Positions 37,591 to 48,681 of a DNA stretch of 64,000 nucleotides are shown one piece after another. The notes under the pieces are model-generated. The model was not told the origin of the DNA and searched no databases. It saw only the letters and a program-made list of their open reading frames with translations. This DNA is from a bacterium. GTDB lineage: Bacteria > JAHJDO01. Both the position numbers and the translations under genes were made by a program. Within the stretch, counting starts at the first letter, position 1. Each line of letters starts with the position of its first letter. The DNA is taken from positions 64,001 to 128,000 of the forward strand of contig JBDRTG010000027.1 of NCBI GenBank assembly GCA_043824255.1. Direction: 5' to 3'.

Positions 37591-38276
37591 TGGGACTGTT
37601 TTTTCTTATTATTACCATAGCGTTGATCTTCTTGGTATGGGAGATTGCGTCAGTTGCCCTTTCAATTACAGGGCTGGCGCATGACAAAGCTCGCTTTCAG
37701 GCTCTTTCTGCTTTAACAGGAACAGGTTTTACAACAAGAGATTCAGAGCTTATAATTAGTCATCGTCAGCGGCGGGCAATTGTCATGGCATTAATGATTC
37801 TTGGGAATATTGGTATTATACTGATTCTTTCAAATATTATTGTTTCCAAGACTACAGTGTATTTATTTCTAAAACTGGGCATTCTTTCTGTATTGCTGTT
37901 CCTCTTATATAAGATTGCTTCTCATAAAGGATTAATGCGTAAGTTAAAGGGAAAGATAGAAGAGAGATTACTTAAGAGTTCTGTGTTTGATAAGAAAGCA
38001 ATAGAAGAAATTCTTAATCTAGCTCAGGGATATGGCGTTGTAGAGTTAAATCTGAAAGAAAATTTTCCTTATATTGGGCGTACGCTTGCAGAGTCGCCTT
38101 TAAGAGAAAAGGACATATTAGTATTAGCAATAAATAGGGATCAGATAACCATTCCTGCGCCAAAAGGCCAGAGGAAAATGCAGATAGGTGATACATTGAT
38201 TTGTTATGGTAAATTAGCTAGCATGAAAAAATTGATTAGTCAACAAAAGTCAAAAAGAGGGGCAAAAGTTGAATAA
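37590..38276 (+). CDS. Membrane protein with K+-channel-like pore loop and C-terminal TrkA-C (RCK-C) domain
   Basis: ARFQALSALTGTGFTT.SE; IGRTL..LR...ILVLAI.R...P......GDTLICYG. Confidence 0.82.
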   Translation: MGLFFLIITIALIFLVWEIASVALSITGLAHDKARFQALSALTGTGFTTRDSELIISHRQRRAIVMALMILGNIGIILILSNIIVSKTTVYLFLKLGILSVLLFLLYKIASHKGLMRKLKGKIEERLLKSSVFDKKAIEEILNLAQGYGVVELNLKENFPYIGRTLAESPLREKDILVLAINRDQITIPAPKGQRKMQIGDTLICYGKLASMKKLISQQKSKRGAKVE

Positions 38277-39474
38277 GTTGGATTTAATAAAAGATTTGTC
38301 AATTACTAATAATACAAGGATAGTTCTGTTAGTTCTTGACGGACTTGGAGGGCTGGGTTTAGAAGCAGGAGGAAAGACAGAGCTGGAAACGGCAAATACT
38401 CCTAATCTTGATTTACTTGCAGAATCAGCTGCTTTAGGAATGACTGATCCTATAATGGCTGGAATAACTCCTGGAAGCGGGCCTGCGCATCTGGCGCTTT
38501 TTGGATATGATCCGATCAAATATGCAATAGGCAGAGGAGCTCTTGGAGCTGCAGGGATAGGATTTAATATGCAAGAAAATGACTTAGCAGCTAGAATTAA
38601 CTTTGCTACAGTTGATAATAATGGATTGATAACAGATCGCAGAGCTGGCCGTATTACAACAGATGAAAGCTCTCAGTTATGCGATCTGTTGGATAAAATA
38701 GAAATCAGCAATGTTAAGATATTTGTGAAACCAGTAAAAGAGCATCGTGCAGTAGTAATATTCAGGGGATCTGGTTTATCAGATAAACTTTCAGATTCTG
38801 ATCCTCAGAAAACAGGTGTGCAGCCCAAAGAGGTAGTTGCGTTAGATAAGGGTGCTAAAACTACTGCTATTTTGATGAACAAATTTATTCATAAAACGCA
38901 AAATATATTGGCTGATAAACATCCGTCAAACACAATATTATTGAGAGGTTTTGCAAGAAGACCAGGATTGCCGCAAATGAAGGATGTATATAAGTTGAAC
39001 GCTGCTGCTATTGCAGGTTATCCTATGTATAAAGGGTTGGCTCAGTTTGTTGGTATGGAGATACTTCAGACAGGAGACAGCATCCGGGAGGAATTTGAGA
39101 CTTTAAGAACTAATTTTAGCAGGTTTGATTTCTTCTTTATCCATGTAAAGGCAACTGATAGTTCAGGAGAGGATGGTAATTTTGATAAAAAGGTGAAGGT
39201 TATTGAAGAGGTTGACAAAAATTTAGCGCTTGTTACTGATCTTAAACCTGACGTTATGGTTATAACAGGCGATCATTCTACGCCTGCTTCCCTAAAATCA
39301 CATAGCTGGCATTCTGTCCCTTTTTTATTGTATTCAAAATACTGCAGACCTGATGACGTGAAGCATTTTGGGGAAACAAGTTGTTTAAAAGGAGCTCTTG
39401 GCAGGTTTCCAGCTCTTGATATAATGCCTCTAATGATGGCTAATTCATTAAGATTAACAAAATACGGAGCATAG
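38269..39474 (+). CDS. apgM: 2,3-bisphosphoglycerate-independent phosphoglycerate mutase (ApgM type)
   Basis: LDGLGG, TPNLD, PGSGPAH, DRRAGRI, TGDHSTP, HSWHSVP. Confidence 0.93.
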   Translation: MNKLDLIKDLSITNNTRIVLLVLDGLGGLGLEAGGKTELETANTPNLDLLAESAALGMTDPIMAGITPGSGPAHLALFGYDPIKYAIGRGALGAAGIGFNMQENDLAARINFATVDNNGLITDRRAGRITTDESSQLCDLLDKIEISNVKIFVKPVKEHRAVVIFRGSGLSDKLSDSDPQKTGVQPKEVVALDKGAKTTAILMNKFIHKTQNILADKHPSNTILLRGFARRPGLPQMKDVYKLNAAAIAGYPMYKGLAQFVGMEILQTGDSIREEFETLRTNFSRFDFFFIHVKATDSSGEDGNFDKKVKVIEEVDKNLALVTDLKPDVMVITGDHSTPASLKSHSWHSVPFLLYSKYCRPDDVKHFGETSCLKGALGRFPALDIMPLMMANSLRLTKYGA

Positions 39475-39477
39475 GAT

Positions 39478-40431
39478 ATGAAGATTTTAATTACAGGAAT
39501 TACTGGTTTTGTAGGCAGCCATCTTGCTGATTATGCATTAGCAAAGGAGAATGTTGAAGTATATGGAACTATAAGATGGCGTAGTAAAACAGAGAACATT
39601 GAGCATGCAAAGGACAAGCTCCATTTAGTTCACTGTAATATTAATGATGCATCATCTGTAAATGATTTAATTGTAGATATAAAACCTGACAAAGTATTTC
39701 ATCTGGCTGCGCAAAGTTTTGTACCTACTTCATGGAACAGCCCTGCAGAAACTCTGAGTTCAAATATTATTGGCGAATTGAATATATTTGAAGCTATTAG
39801 AAGGGCAAAGATTAATCCATGGATGCAGATTGCAGGTTCTTCAGAAGAATATGGAATGGTTTATCCTGAAGAGACTCCTATTAAAGAGACGAATCCATTG
39901 AGACCGCTGAGCCCTTATGGAGTAAGTAAGGTTGGGCAGGATCTTCTAGCTTACCAGTACTATATGAGTTATAAACTTAATGTTGTAAGAACCAGAGCTT
40001 TTAATCACACAGGACCGAGAAGGGGAGATGTTTTTGTTTGTTCGGAGTTTGCAAAGCGGATAGCAGAAATAGAAAAAGGGAAAAGAGAACCTGTGATCCT
40101 TGTTGGGAATCTTGATGCTCAGCGAGATTTTACAGATGTTAGAGATATAGTTAAAGCCTACTGGCTTGCACTGGAGAAATGCGAGCCAGGAGAGGTCTAT
40201 AATATTTGCACGGGTAAATCCTACCAGATTAGTGAAGTTCTGGATTTGTTAATTAGCATGGCAAAGGTTAAAATAAAAGCAAAAAAAGATCCAGCAAAAA
40301 TGAGACCTTCAGATGTTCCATATCTTGGCGGAGACAACTCTAAGTTTAGAAACGTAACCGGATGGAAGCCAGAGATTCCTTTTGAGAGAACATTGAAAGA
40401 CCTGTTGAATTACTGGCGAGAGAAGGTTTGA
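39478..40431 (+). CDS. GDP-mannose 4,6-dehydratase / RMD-like SDR
   Basis: ITGITGFVG, HLAAQSFV, SSEEYG, SPYGVSK, FNHTGPR, GNL...RDF. Confidence 0.88.
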   Translation: MKILITGITGFVGSHLADYALAKENVEVYGTIRWRSKTENIEHAKDKLHLVHCNINDASSVNDLIVDIKPDKVFHLAAQSFVPTSWNSPAETLSSNIIGELNIFEAIRRAKINPWMQIAGSSEEYGMVYPEETPIKETNPLRPLSPYGVSKVGQDLLAYQYYMSYKLNVVRTRAFNHTGPRRGDVFVCSEFAKRIAEIEKGKREPVILVGNLDAQRDFTDVRDIVKAYWLALEKCEPGEVYNICTGKSYQISEVLDLLISMAKVKIKAKKDPAKMRPSDVPYLGGDNSKFRNVTGWKPEIPFERTLKDLLNYWREKV

Positions 40432-40446
40432 TAATTGGTATACTAA

Positions 40447-41217
40447 GTGAGTATCCAAACCACAGAGGCAGTTGTTCTTAGAAGTACAAATTTCGCAGAG
40501 TCCAGCAAAATCGTTACATTCTATTCCCCTCAATTCGGAAATATAAAGGGCATTGCAAAGGGTGCCAGAAGCGCAAAAAACAAGTTTGGCAGCAGCTTGG
40601 AGATATTTAGTCACGTTATTTTGGTATTTTATCAGAAGAAAACAGATATTCAGCTTATTAGTCAATGCGATCTGGAAAATGCATTTTTAAATATACGCAA
40701 TGATATAGTTAAGATAGGTTATGCGTCTTATTTTGTAGAACTTATCAATAAAACTACTGAAGGGGCTCAAGAAAGCGAGCAGATTTTTAGCTTAATTCTT
40801 AATGCCTTAATTACATTAGAAACCACTAATGTAGAGCTGGAAGTTCTTGCGCATTTTTTTGAAATCAGGCTTTTAAAAATGCTCGGATGTATACCTGTTT
40901 TTGATAGGTGCGTGAATTGCGGAGCAAAGATAGTCAACGGAAAATTCAGCTGCAGACTTGGAGGTATTCTTAATAATGAGTGCTGGGGAGCAGATGAAAG
41001 CGCTCCTCGTATATCTTTGGGCACTATACTGACTATACAGCATTTACAGATATCGAATTTTTCAAATCTTTCCCGTTTAAAACTCAATAAATTATCTAGC
41101 AAAGAGCTTAAACTAGTGCTAGAATCCTATATAAAATATACATTGGTTAAGGACATAAAATCACTAAAATTTTTAGAGGAGATTAGTGACATTTCAGGAA
41201 ATCATATCAGCACTTAG
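40447..41217 (+). CDS. recO: DNA repair protein RecO
   Basis: AVVLR...ESSKIV, AKGAR, C-terminal CVNC; upstream of glyQ. Confidence 0.9.
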   Translation: MSIQTTEAVVLRSTNFAESSKIVTFYSPQFGNIKGIAKGARSAKNKFGSSLEIFSHVILVFYQKKTDIQLISQCDLENAFLNIRNDIVKIGYASYFVELINKTTEGAQESEQIFSLILNALITLETTNVELEVLAHFFEIRLLKMLGCIPVFDRCVNCGAKIVNGKFSCRLGGILNNECWGADESAPRISLGTILTIQHLQISNFSNLSRLKLNKLSSKELKLVLESYIKYTLVKDIKSLKFLEEISDISGNHIST

Positions 41218-42025
41218 TGAATATTGGGCAAAACAGGGTTGTGTAATTGCTCAGCCTTATGATGTTGAAGTTGGGGCAGGGACATTCTGTCCTCATACCT
41301 TTTTGAGAGTGCTTGATGGAAAACCATGGAAGACTGCCTATGTCCAGCCGTCCAGAAGACCGACAGACGGCAGGTATGGCGAAAATCCAAACAGACTTGG
41401 TCGCTATTATCAATATCAGGTAATACTGAAACCTTCTCCAGATAATGTGCAGGACATATATCTGGACAGCCTTAAAGAGCTTGGAATAAATCTTTCCAAA
41501 CACGATATAAGATTTGTTGAAGATGACTGGGAATCCCCAACACTTGGCGCAACGGGGCTCGGCTGGGAAGTTTGGCTTGACGGCATGGAAATAACACAGT
41601 TCACGTATTTTCAGCAGGTTGGAGGAGTTGAGTTAGCTCCTATATCAGTTGAGCTAACTTATGGCCTGGAGCGGATTGCGATGTATCTTCAGGGAAAAGA
41701 CAATGTCTTTGATATCCAGTGGACAAATGAGTTTAAATATGGAGATGTTTATAAGGATAATGAAAGAGAGTTTTCTATATATAACTTTGAGAAGGCTGAT
41801 ACAAAAATGCAGTTTAAACTCTTCAATATGTATGAAAAAGAAGCAAAAAGGTTGATAGAGGAAGAACTAGTTCTCCCAGCGTATGATTATACATTGAAAT
41901 GCTCTCACACCTTTAATATTCTGGATGCAAGAGGAGTTGTAGGTGTAGCAGAAAGGGCAGAATTTATACAAAGAGTGAGAAAGCTAGCTTGTATGTGCGC
42001 AAAGACTTATCTGGGAAAAGAATGA
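41186..42025 (+). CDS. glyQ: Glycyl-tRNA synthetase alpha subunit
   Basis: [38 protein letters not shown]. Confidence 0.97.
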   Translation: MTFQEIISALSEYWAKQGCVIAQPYDVEVGAGTFCPHTFLRVLDGKPWKTAYVQPSRRPTDGRYGENPNRLGRYYQYQVILKPSPDNVQDIYLDSLKELGINLSKHDIRFVEDDWESPTLGATGLGWEVWLDGMEITQFTYFQQVGGVELAPISVELTYGLERIAMYLQGKDNVFDIQWTNEFKYGDVYKDNEREFSIYNFEKADTKMQFKLFNMYEKEAKRLIEEELVLPAYDYTLKCSHTFNILDARGVVGVAERAEFIQRVRKLACMCAKTYLGKE

Positions 42026-44121
42026 AGAATTTATTGTTTGAGATAGGGGTAGAGGAATTACCTGCTTCATATGTTAGTTCAGCAAGAGATGATATTAAGA
42101 GAATTGCCTCTGAGAAGTTAAAGGAGATAGGACTAAAATCTTTAGAACCACGTTGCTTCGGCACTCCCAGAAGACTTGTTCTTTTCATTGAAGACCTAAG
42201 TGAAAAGCAGGGAGATAAGGAGATAGCGGTTCAGGGTCCGCCGCATGATAAGGCATTTGATGAAGATAATAAACCAACTGCAGCTGCAATTGGCTTCGCC
42301 AAAAAATTTGGTCTAGATGTCAATGCTTTAAAAGTAGAAGAGAGAAAATCAGGAAAATATATTTTTGCAAAGAAAATTGAGAAGGGGAAACCAACTAATG
42401 AACTGCTCAAGGAGCTGCTTCCAAACCTGATAAAAAGTATACCCTTTCCAAAGACTATGAGATGGGATGATTCAGGTGTCAGGTTTGCGAGGCCAATAAG
42501 GTGGTTGATATGTTTGTATGGGGATGAAGTGATTCCTGTTAAATTCGGGAAACTTGAGGCAGGCAATATAACTTATGGACATCGTTTTCTTGCGCCTGAG
42601 GCAATAAAGATTAAAAGCGCAGATATTGATGAATACAAAAAAAGTTTGAAGCATGCTTTTGTTATTGTTGATCAGAATGAAAGAAAGAAGAAAATAGAAG
42701 AAGATTTAAACAAAATACTAAAGAAATATAATCCTGCTTTTTTTGTGCCACCTGATGAAGAGCTTTTGGAAATAGTAACTGATCTGGTTGAATATCCAAA
42801 TGTTCTGAAAGGCACTTTTCCTGAAGAGTTCTTAAAGGTTCCTGATATTGTGCTTGAGGCGGCAATGAAATCTCATCAAAAATATTTCCCTGTTATTAAG
42901 GGAAAACAACTTGAACTTACTAACAAGTTTGTTTTTGTCTCTAATATGAAAGGCAATGAAGAACAAATCATAGAGGGGAATGAGAGAGTGCTTAACGCAA
43001 GACTTGCCGATGCTAAATTCTTCTGGGATGAGGATAAAAAAACAAGTTTGGAAGAACGCGCAAAACAGATAATGAGCGCAAGAAATGCGCATCAGTTCGG
43101 AACCTTGCCAAAAAGAATCAGAGCAATAGAAAGATTAGCAAAGGTAGTAAATAAAAATGTAGGTGTAGACCCAAAGATACTTAAGCGAATATGCAGGTTA
43201 TGCAAAGCAGATCTGGGCACTCATATGGTTGATGAATTTCCAGAACTTCAGGGAAGAATAGGCGGAGAGCATGCGAAAGAGAACGGAGAGGATAAAAGAG
43301 TTGTTGGTGGAATTTCGTATCATTATTATCCTCGATTTGCAGATGATAAGCCTCCAGCGTGCAAGGAAGCTGATGTTGTTTCTATATCTGATAAGATGAA
43401 TGCGATTGTATCTCATGTTATTGAGAATGAGAACGCAATAACAGGCTCGGGCGATAAATTCGCATTAAGAAGGCAGGCAATAGGAATTCTTAGAATAATT
43501 CTTGAAAGAGAATATGACATTGATCTGGAGAATATAATTGGCGAGTGTATAAAACTTTATAAAATCAGTGAAGATGGACATGAGAGGGTTTTTCGCATGG
43601 TCGTTGATTTCTTCAAACAAAGATTAAAAAACATTCTTATAAGTTGGCATTTTCACAGATATGATTTTGTTGATGCTGTGCTTAATACTCATGGTTTTAA
43701 ACCGGCAGAACAGGATAAAATTCTGTACGCACTTTCTGGACCAAGTAAAAATGATTTTGAATCAATAACAACCTCTTTTAAGCGTATTTCCAATATTCTG
43801 AAACAGGCAAGAGAAAGAGGGATAGAGTTTATTTATTTTAACAAGAGAAAACTTGTTGAACCTGAAGAAAAGGCACTTGCTAAAAAGTTTTTAGATATCA
43901 GTAAAAGCGTAAACAAATTAATAAAGAAAAAAGAGTATACTAAGGCATTTAATCAGATTATAAGTCTGAGAAAACCTCTGGACGATTTTTTTGACAAGGT
44001 TATGGTAATGGATGAAAATCATGTCTTGAGAAACAACCGCCTTGCATTCCTGCAGGAAATAGAGAGCATGTTTTCACAGCTTGCCAATTTCTCGTATGTC
44101 GTAACAGAAAAAAACAAGTAA
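42022..44121 (+). CDS. glyS: Glycyl-tRNA synthetase beta subunit
   Basis: [49 protein letters not shown] 42022 overlaps the glyQ stop. Confidence 0.95.
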   Translation: MKNLLFEIGVEELPASYVSSARDDIKRIASEKLKEIGLKSLEPRCFGTPRRLVLFIEDLSEKQGDKEIAVQGPPHDKAFDEDNKPTAAAIGFAKKFGLDVNALKVEERKSGKYIFAKKIEKGKPTNELLKELLPNLIKSIPFPKTMRWDDSGVRFARPIRWLICLYGDEVIPVKFGKLEAGNITYGHRFLAPEAIKIKSADIDEYKKSLKHAFVIVDQNERKKKIEEDLNKILKKYNPAFFVPPDEELLEIVTDLVEYPNVLKGTFPEEFLKVPDIVLEAAMKSHQKYFPVIKGKQLELTNKFVFVSNMKGNEEQIIEGNERVLNARLADAKFFWDEDKKTSLEERAKQIMSARNAHQFGTLPKRIRAIERLAKVVNKNVGVDPKILKRICRLCKADLGTHMVDEFPELQGRIGGEHAKENGEDKRVVGGISYHYYPRFADDKPPACKEADVVSISDKMNAIVSHVIENENAITGSGDKFALRRQAIGILRIILEREYDIDLENIIGECIKLYKISEDGHERVFRMVVDFFKQRLKNILISWHFHRYDFVDAVLNTHGFKPAEQDKILYALSGPSKNDFESITTSFKRISNILKQARERGIEFIYFNKRKLVEPEEKALAKKFLDISKSVNKLIKKKEYTKAFNQIISLRKPLDDFFDKVMVMDENHVLRNNRLAFLQEIESMFSQLANFSYVVTEKNK

Positions 44122-44131
44122 AAGAAGAGTT

Positions 44132-44193
44132 GGGGCAGTAGCTCAGTTGGGAGAGCATCACGTTCGCAACGTGGGGGGTCGGGGGGCAAAATC
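44132..44193 (+). pseudogene. Truncated tRNA-Ala(CGC): acceptor 5' strand, D arm and anticodon arm; T arm degenerate, 3' strand absent
   Basis: GGGGCAG TA GCTC AGTTGGGA GAGC A TCACG TTCGCAA CGTGG GGGGTC GGGGGG CAAAATC, then the rtcB ATG. Confidence 0.8.
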
Positions 44194-45357
44194 ATGGAAT
44201 GGATAAATTCTAATTACAGGCTTCCAATCAAATCGTGGTGCAAGGATGTTGAAAAGGAAGCAATGGCTCAAGCAGTGAATCTTTCAGAACATCCCAGAAC
44301 TTTTCATCACGTTGCCTTAATGCCGGACTGTCATATGGGGTATGGCATGCCTATTGGAGGCGTGATTGCTTGCAAGGATTCTGTTATCCCAAATGCTGTT
44401 GGAGTTGATATTGGCTGCGGTATGTGTGCTGTTAAGACTACATATGATACTGCTGAAGTTTCAGAGCGAGTAGTAAAAGACATTATTTATAAGCTGAAAG
44501 GTATAATACCTGTTGGTTTTGCGCATCATAAAAAAGGACAAAGCTGGCCGGGTTTTGATAAGGCTCCGGATATGCCTGTTATTCAAAGGGAATTAGATTC
44601 TGCAAGAAGGCAGCTTGGTACTCTTGGTGGAGGCAATCACTTCATAGAGATTCAATCTGGTTCAGACGGATTCGTTTGGCTGATGCTTCATTCCGGCAGT
44701 AGAAATTTTGGTTACAAAATAGCAAAAGAGTACAATGCGATTGCTCAGAGGATTTGCAATAGGGAACACTTCAATGGGCAGAAGGATCTTTCATTTCTGT
44801 CTATGGGCACAAAGGATGCTGAAGAATACGTTGAGGCTATGAAATACGCCCTTGCATTTGCACAGGAAAACCGAAGATTAATGATGACACATTTTAAAGT
44901 AGCAGCCAGGGAAGTTCTTCATTGTGAGTTTGACAGGGAAATAAATATCCATCATAATTTTGCAGCTCTGGAGAATCATTTTGGAAGAAGTGTGTGGATT
45001 CACAGAAAAGGCGCTACTCAGGCGAAAAAAGGGCAGATGGGAATCATCCCGGGCTCTATGGGAACAACGTCGTACATTGTAAGAGGATTAGGCAATCCTG
45101 AAAGTTTTATGTCATGTTCGCATGGAGCAGGTCGGTGTATGAGCAGGACAAAGTTTAATAAAATCCACTCTGTTGAAGAATGCAATAAGGCTATGTATGG
45201 TATTGTTTACGCTCAGTGGAGCAAGGACAGAAGGGGAAATGTTGATTTGAGCGAAGCGCCGCAGGCATATAAGGATATTGACACAGTTATTGAAAGTCAG
45301 AGTGATTTGGTTGAAGTTATTATTAGACTCAGGCCATTGGGAGTAATAAAGGGTTGA
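44194..45357 (+). CDS. rtcB: RtcB family RNA ligase
   Basis: MPDCHMGYG.PIG, VGVDIGCG, LGTLGGGNHFIE, HSGSR, HRKGAT, PGSMG, SCSHGAGR, EAPQAYK. Confidence 0.95.
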   Translation: MEWINSNYRLPIKSWCKDVEKEAMAQAVNLSEHPRTFHHVALMPDCHMGYGMPIGGVIACKDSVIPNAVGVDIGCGMCAVKTTYDTAEVSERVVKDIIYKLKGIIPVGFAHHKKGQSWPGFDKAPDMPVIQRELDSARRQLGTLGGGNHFIEIQSGSDGFVWLMLHSGSRNFGYKIAKEYNAIAQRICNREHFNGQKDLSFLSMGTKDAEEYVEAMKYALAFAQENRRLMMTHFKVAAREVLHCEFDREINIHHNFAALENHFGRSVWIHRKGATQAKKGQMGIIPGSMGTTSYIVRGLGNPESFMSCSHGAGRCMSRTKFNKIHSVEECNKAMYGIVYAQWSKDRRGNVDLSEAPQAYKDIDTVIESQSDLVEVIIRLRPLGVIKG

Positions 45358-45626
45358 TACGTTTACATGTATTTTTTTCAGGGACAGTTCAAGGAGTAGG
45401 ATTCAGATTTATTACAAGAAGGATTGCGCAGCAGTATGAAGTTACAGGCTTTGTCAAAAATCTTCCAAATGGAGATGTAGAGGTGTTGTCAGAAGGTGAT
45501 AGAGAAGTCGTTGAAAGCTTCATAAACGCTATATACAGCAGCTCTCTCTGCGATTATATAAGAAGCACAGAAAAGGAATGGCAACCTGCAACAGGAGAAT
45601 ATAAAGAATTTGAAATTAGATTTTAG
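45354..45626 (+). CDS. acyP: Acylphosphatase
   Basis: GTVQGVGFR, GFVKNLPNGDVE. Confidence 0.93.
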   Translation: MIRLHVFFSGTVQGVGFRFITRRIAQQYEVTGFVKNLPNGDVEVLSEGDREVVESFINAIYSSSLCDYIRSTEKEWQPATGEYKEFEIRF

Positions 45627-45637
45627 GGAGGATTTAG

Positions 45638-46219
45638 GTGACTGACAATATATATTCACGTAGGGCGGTTTTTTTAGATAGAGACGGAACAATTAATACA
45701 GAGGTTGATTATTTAAAGAGTGTGAAGGAGTTAATGCTCATCAAAAATACTGCAAAAGCTATCCGGATTTTAAATCAGAACCAGATTAAAGTTATTATTG
45801 TTACCAACCAGTCAGGCATTAGCCGAGGTCTATTCTCTATAGACGATTTAGATAATGTGCATAATGAATTAAAGAGGAGATTGCGTAGGAATGGTGCTTA
45901 TATAGACGCAATATACTATTGCCCACACCATCCTGATGAGGAATGCTCTTGTAGAAAACCTAAAAAGGGGATGTTCAAACTAGCTGCAAAGGATTTTGAT
46001 TTAAAACTCAATAAATGTTATATTATAGGAGATAAATTAACAGATATTAGGGCTGCCTATAATATATCTGCAACGGGAATATTGGTTAGGACAGGTTATG
46101 GAAAATCAGAGCAAAATAAGCTAAAAGAGGTTGGTGTTATGCCAGAACATATTGCAGAGAACTTATATGAAGCAGTAAAATGGATAATAAAAAATCTAAA
46201 CAGAGAAAAAAATGAGTGA
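45638..46219 (+). CDS. gmhB: D-glycero-D-manno-heptose 1,7-bisphosphate phosphatase
   Basis: FLDRDGTIN, VTNQSG, CPHHP..CSCRKP, IGDKLTD. Confidence 0.93.
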   Translation: MTDNIYSRRAVFLDRDGTINTEVDYLKSVKELMLIKNTAKAIRILNQNQIKVIIVTNQSGISRGLFSIDDLDNVHNELKRRLRRNGAYIDAIYYCPHHPDEECSCRKPKKGMFKLAAKDFDLKLNKCYIIGDKLTDIRAAYNISATGILVRTGYGKSEQNKLKEVGVMPEHIAENLYEAVKWIIKNLNREKNE

Positions 46220-47210
46220 TTTAGCAGGTATTACTAAAAAGTTCAGCGGTAAAAGAGTACTTAGCATTGGGGATATGATATGTGACGAATATATATATGG
46301 GGAGGTCTCTCGCATATCAAGGGAAGCACCTGTATTGATTTTAAAGTTTGATTCAAACATGTTCAGGGTCGGAGGAGCAGCAAACGCAATATCAAACCTA
46401 AAAGCGTTAGGTGCAAGAGTATATCCCGTTGGTGTGATAGGGAATGATAATGCTGGAGAAGAGGTTATTTCCTTTCTCGGGAAAATGAGGGTGGACACAG
46501 ATGGAATTATTATTGATAAGGGCTGTTCAACAATTACAAAAACACGGATTATGGCAGGTAGTTACCATACAACAAAGCAGCAGGTTATACGAATAGATAA
46601 AGAAAAGAATTTTCGCATAAGTTCAATTAGCGAAACAAAAATGCTTACTTATCTTGATGAAGTATTAGATGCCATGGACGCTGTGCTTATTTCGGATTAT
46701 GGATATAAGACTATCTCAAAAGCAGTGTATTCTGCAATATCTAAGTATGCAAGAGAGAAGAAACTTGTTCTGGTTGTTGATTCCAGGTATGGATTACTCA
46801 ACTATAAGTATGCAACAGCAGTAACACCGAATGAGACAGAGGTTGAAAATATTTTTCATTGCAGCATTAATGGGAAAAAATCCCTGTGCAGCATAGCAGA
46901 GAGGCTTAAATCCGAGATAGAGTGCGGGAATGCAATCATAACGCGCGGCAGTAAAGGCATAATGGTATTAGACGAACACAGTAAAAGTACATTTATACCG
47001 ATACACGGGACCACAGATGTGGTTGATGTTACTGGCGCAGGGGATACGGTTTCTGCTGTAGTAACTCTGGCTCTTTCAGCAGGAGCAAGCGCAATTGAGG
47101 CTGCAAGGCTGGCAAACTATGCTGGCAGTATTGTTGTTATGAAAACAGGCGCAGCTACAGCCACACAAAAAGAGTTGATTGATGTTGTAAAACACGCAAA
47201 AAAAACATGA
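46212..47210 (+). CDS. Heptose-7-phosphate kinase (RfaE/HldE domain I, PfkB family)
   Basis: RISREAPV, GGAAN, SDYG, TPNETE, DVTGAGDTV. Confidence 0.9.
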   Translation: MSDLAGITKKFSGKRVLSIGDMICDEYIYGEVSRISREAPVLILKFDSNMFRVGGAANAISNLKALGARVYPVGVIGNDNAGEEVISFLGKMRVDTDGIIIDKGCSTITKTRIMAGSYHTTKQQVIRIDKEKNFRISSISETKMLTYLDEVLDAMDAVLISDYGYKTISKAVYSAISKYAREKKLVLVVDSRYGLLNYKYATAVTPNETEVENIFHCSINGKKSLCSIAERLKSEIECGNAIITRGSKGIMVLDEHSKSTFIPIHGTTDVVDVTGAGDTVSAVVTLALSAGASAIEAARLANYAGSIVVMKTGAATATQKELIDVVKHAKKT

Positions 47211-47677
47211 AGGTTTACAGTCTAAATAACCTTCCTAATCTGGTGAGAAAACTTGAAAAAGATAACAAAAAAGTAGTTTTTGCAAATGGCTGTTTTGATA
47301 TTCTTCATGTAGGGCATATCAGATATCTTGAGCAAGCAAAGTCTTTGGGCGATATATTAATTGTAGGGATCAATGATGATGAATCTGAATCACAATTGAA
47401 AGGGCATGGCAGGCCAATTATGCCGGAGGAAGAGAGAATAGAGATTGTAGCGGCTTTAGAATGCGTGAATTATGTGGTACTTTTTTCAGACCTTACTGTA
47501 GAAAATTTATTAAGGATTATAAAACCAGCAATACATGCAAAAGGAACAGATTACACAGCTGAGACTGTTCCAGAACAAAATATTGTTCTTTCCTATGGTG
47601 GACAGATTGCAATAACTGGAGATAGAAAAAATCATTCAACAACCGATATAATAAAAAAAATACAACAGCAGTTATAA
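47207..47677 (+). CDS. Heptose-1-phosphate adenylyltransferase (RfaE/HldE domain II)
   Basis: FANGCFDILHVGH, LKGHGRP, KGTDY, HSTT. Confidence 0.92.
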   Translation: MKVYSLNNLPNLVRKLEKDNKKVVFANGCFDILHVGHIRYLEQAKSLGDILIVGINDDESESQLKGHGRPIMPEEERIEIVAALECVNYVVLFSDLTVENLLRIIKPAIHAKGTDYTAETVPEQNIVLSYGGQIAITGDRKNHSTTDIIKKIQQQL

Positions 47678-47680
47678 ATT

Positions 47681-48481
47681 ATGATTGGCACATACATATC
47701 AGAATACAAAATAATCAAACATCTTTCTTCTACTAGTCTTACTGATGTTTATTTGGGGATTAAAGACAAGAGAAAAGCAGCCATCAAGGTGCTGCAAATA
47801 AAACCGGATACTGACAAAAAACATGTCAGTAGATTTTTTTATGAAGCCGAGATAATGCAGAAATTAAATCACGAAAATATTCCTAAGGTGTATGATTTTA
47901 ACAGAGAAGATGATATTTGTTATATTGTATTAGAATATTTTGATGGACACAATCTCAGGGAGATGATAAGAACGCATCATACTCTGTTAAAAGACTATAT
48001 TGATATAATTTTGAAGATGTGTGTAACACTTGCATATATTCACGAAAAGGGGATTATCCATCAAGATATAAAAAGCAGAAATATGATTTTGACAAAAGAC
48101 ATGGATGTAAAAATAGTAGATTTTGGTTTAGCTTATGAAAAGAATAAATCTAATGTAAGGATTAGAGAACGGGCTGGTACGCCGCATTATATGTCGCCTG
48201 AACAAATAAAAGGCTATAGAGGAGATGAGAGATCTGATGTTTACTCTCTTGGTGTTGTTATGTATGAACTTATAACAGGCAGGAGGCCATTTGAAGGAAA
48301 TTCATTCGATGAAATTGTTACTCAGCAACTGAATATGCTTATTAAACCACCTCGATTTTATAATCAGAAGGTGTCTAATGGCCTTGAAAATATTATTCTA
48401 AGAGCTCTTGATATTAATCCTGCAAAAAGATACCAGAGTGTAGAAGAATTGGTTTTAGATATAAAAAAGGCATGTAGATGA
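47681..48481 (+). CDS. Hanks-type Ser/Thr protein kinase (kinase domain only)
   Basis: AAIK, HQDIKSRN, DFG, GTPHYMSPEQ, SDVYSLG; Gly-rich loop degenerate. Confidence 0.88.
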   Translation: MIGTYISEYKIIKHLSSTSLTDVYLGIKDKRKAAIKVLQIKPDTDKKHVSRFFYEAEIMQKLNHENIPKVYDFNREDDICYIVLEYFDGHNLREMIRTHHTLLKDYIDIILKMCVTLAYIHEKGIIHQDIKSRNMILTKDMDVKIVDFGLAYEKNKSNVRIRERAGTPHYMSPEQIKGYRGDERSDVYSLGVVMYELITGRRPFEGNSFDEIVTQQLNMLIKPPRFYNQKVSNGLENIILRALDINPAKRYQSVEELVLDIKKACR

Positions 48482-48681
48482 TCGAAGATAAGTATCTAAC
48501 AAGAAAACAGGTTCAACGAATGTTAAAGCTTACTAGAGAAGAGATGCTGAAACTGATTAATGAACAAAAGCTGAAAGCCTACCGTCTAGACAATCGCATT
48601 GTGTTTAAGTATGAGGATGTAGATAAATTTTTGCTTGCAATTGAGCAAGAAGGAAGCTCTGACAAGTCAAAGAATAGATGA
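48478..48681 (+). CDS. Small excisionase-like HTH protein
   Basis: YLTRKQVQRMLK...LKAYR....FKYEDVDKF pattern. Confidence 0.65.
   Translation: MIEDKYLTRKQVQRMLKLTREEMLKLINEQKLKAYRLDNRIVFKYEDVDKFLLAIEQEGSSDKSKNR

Noticed and set aside
44132..44207. Intact tRNA-Ala gene
   Set aside because: No TTC T-loop, T-stem 3' strand or acceptor 3' strand; the sequence runs into rtcB.
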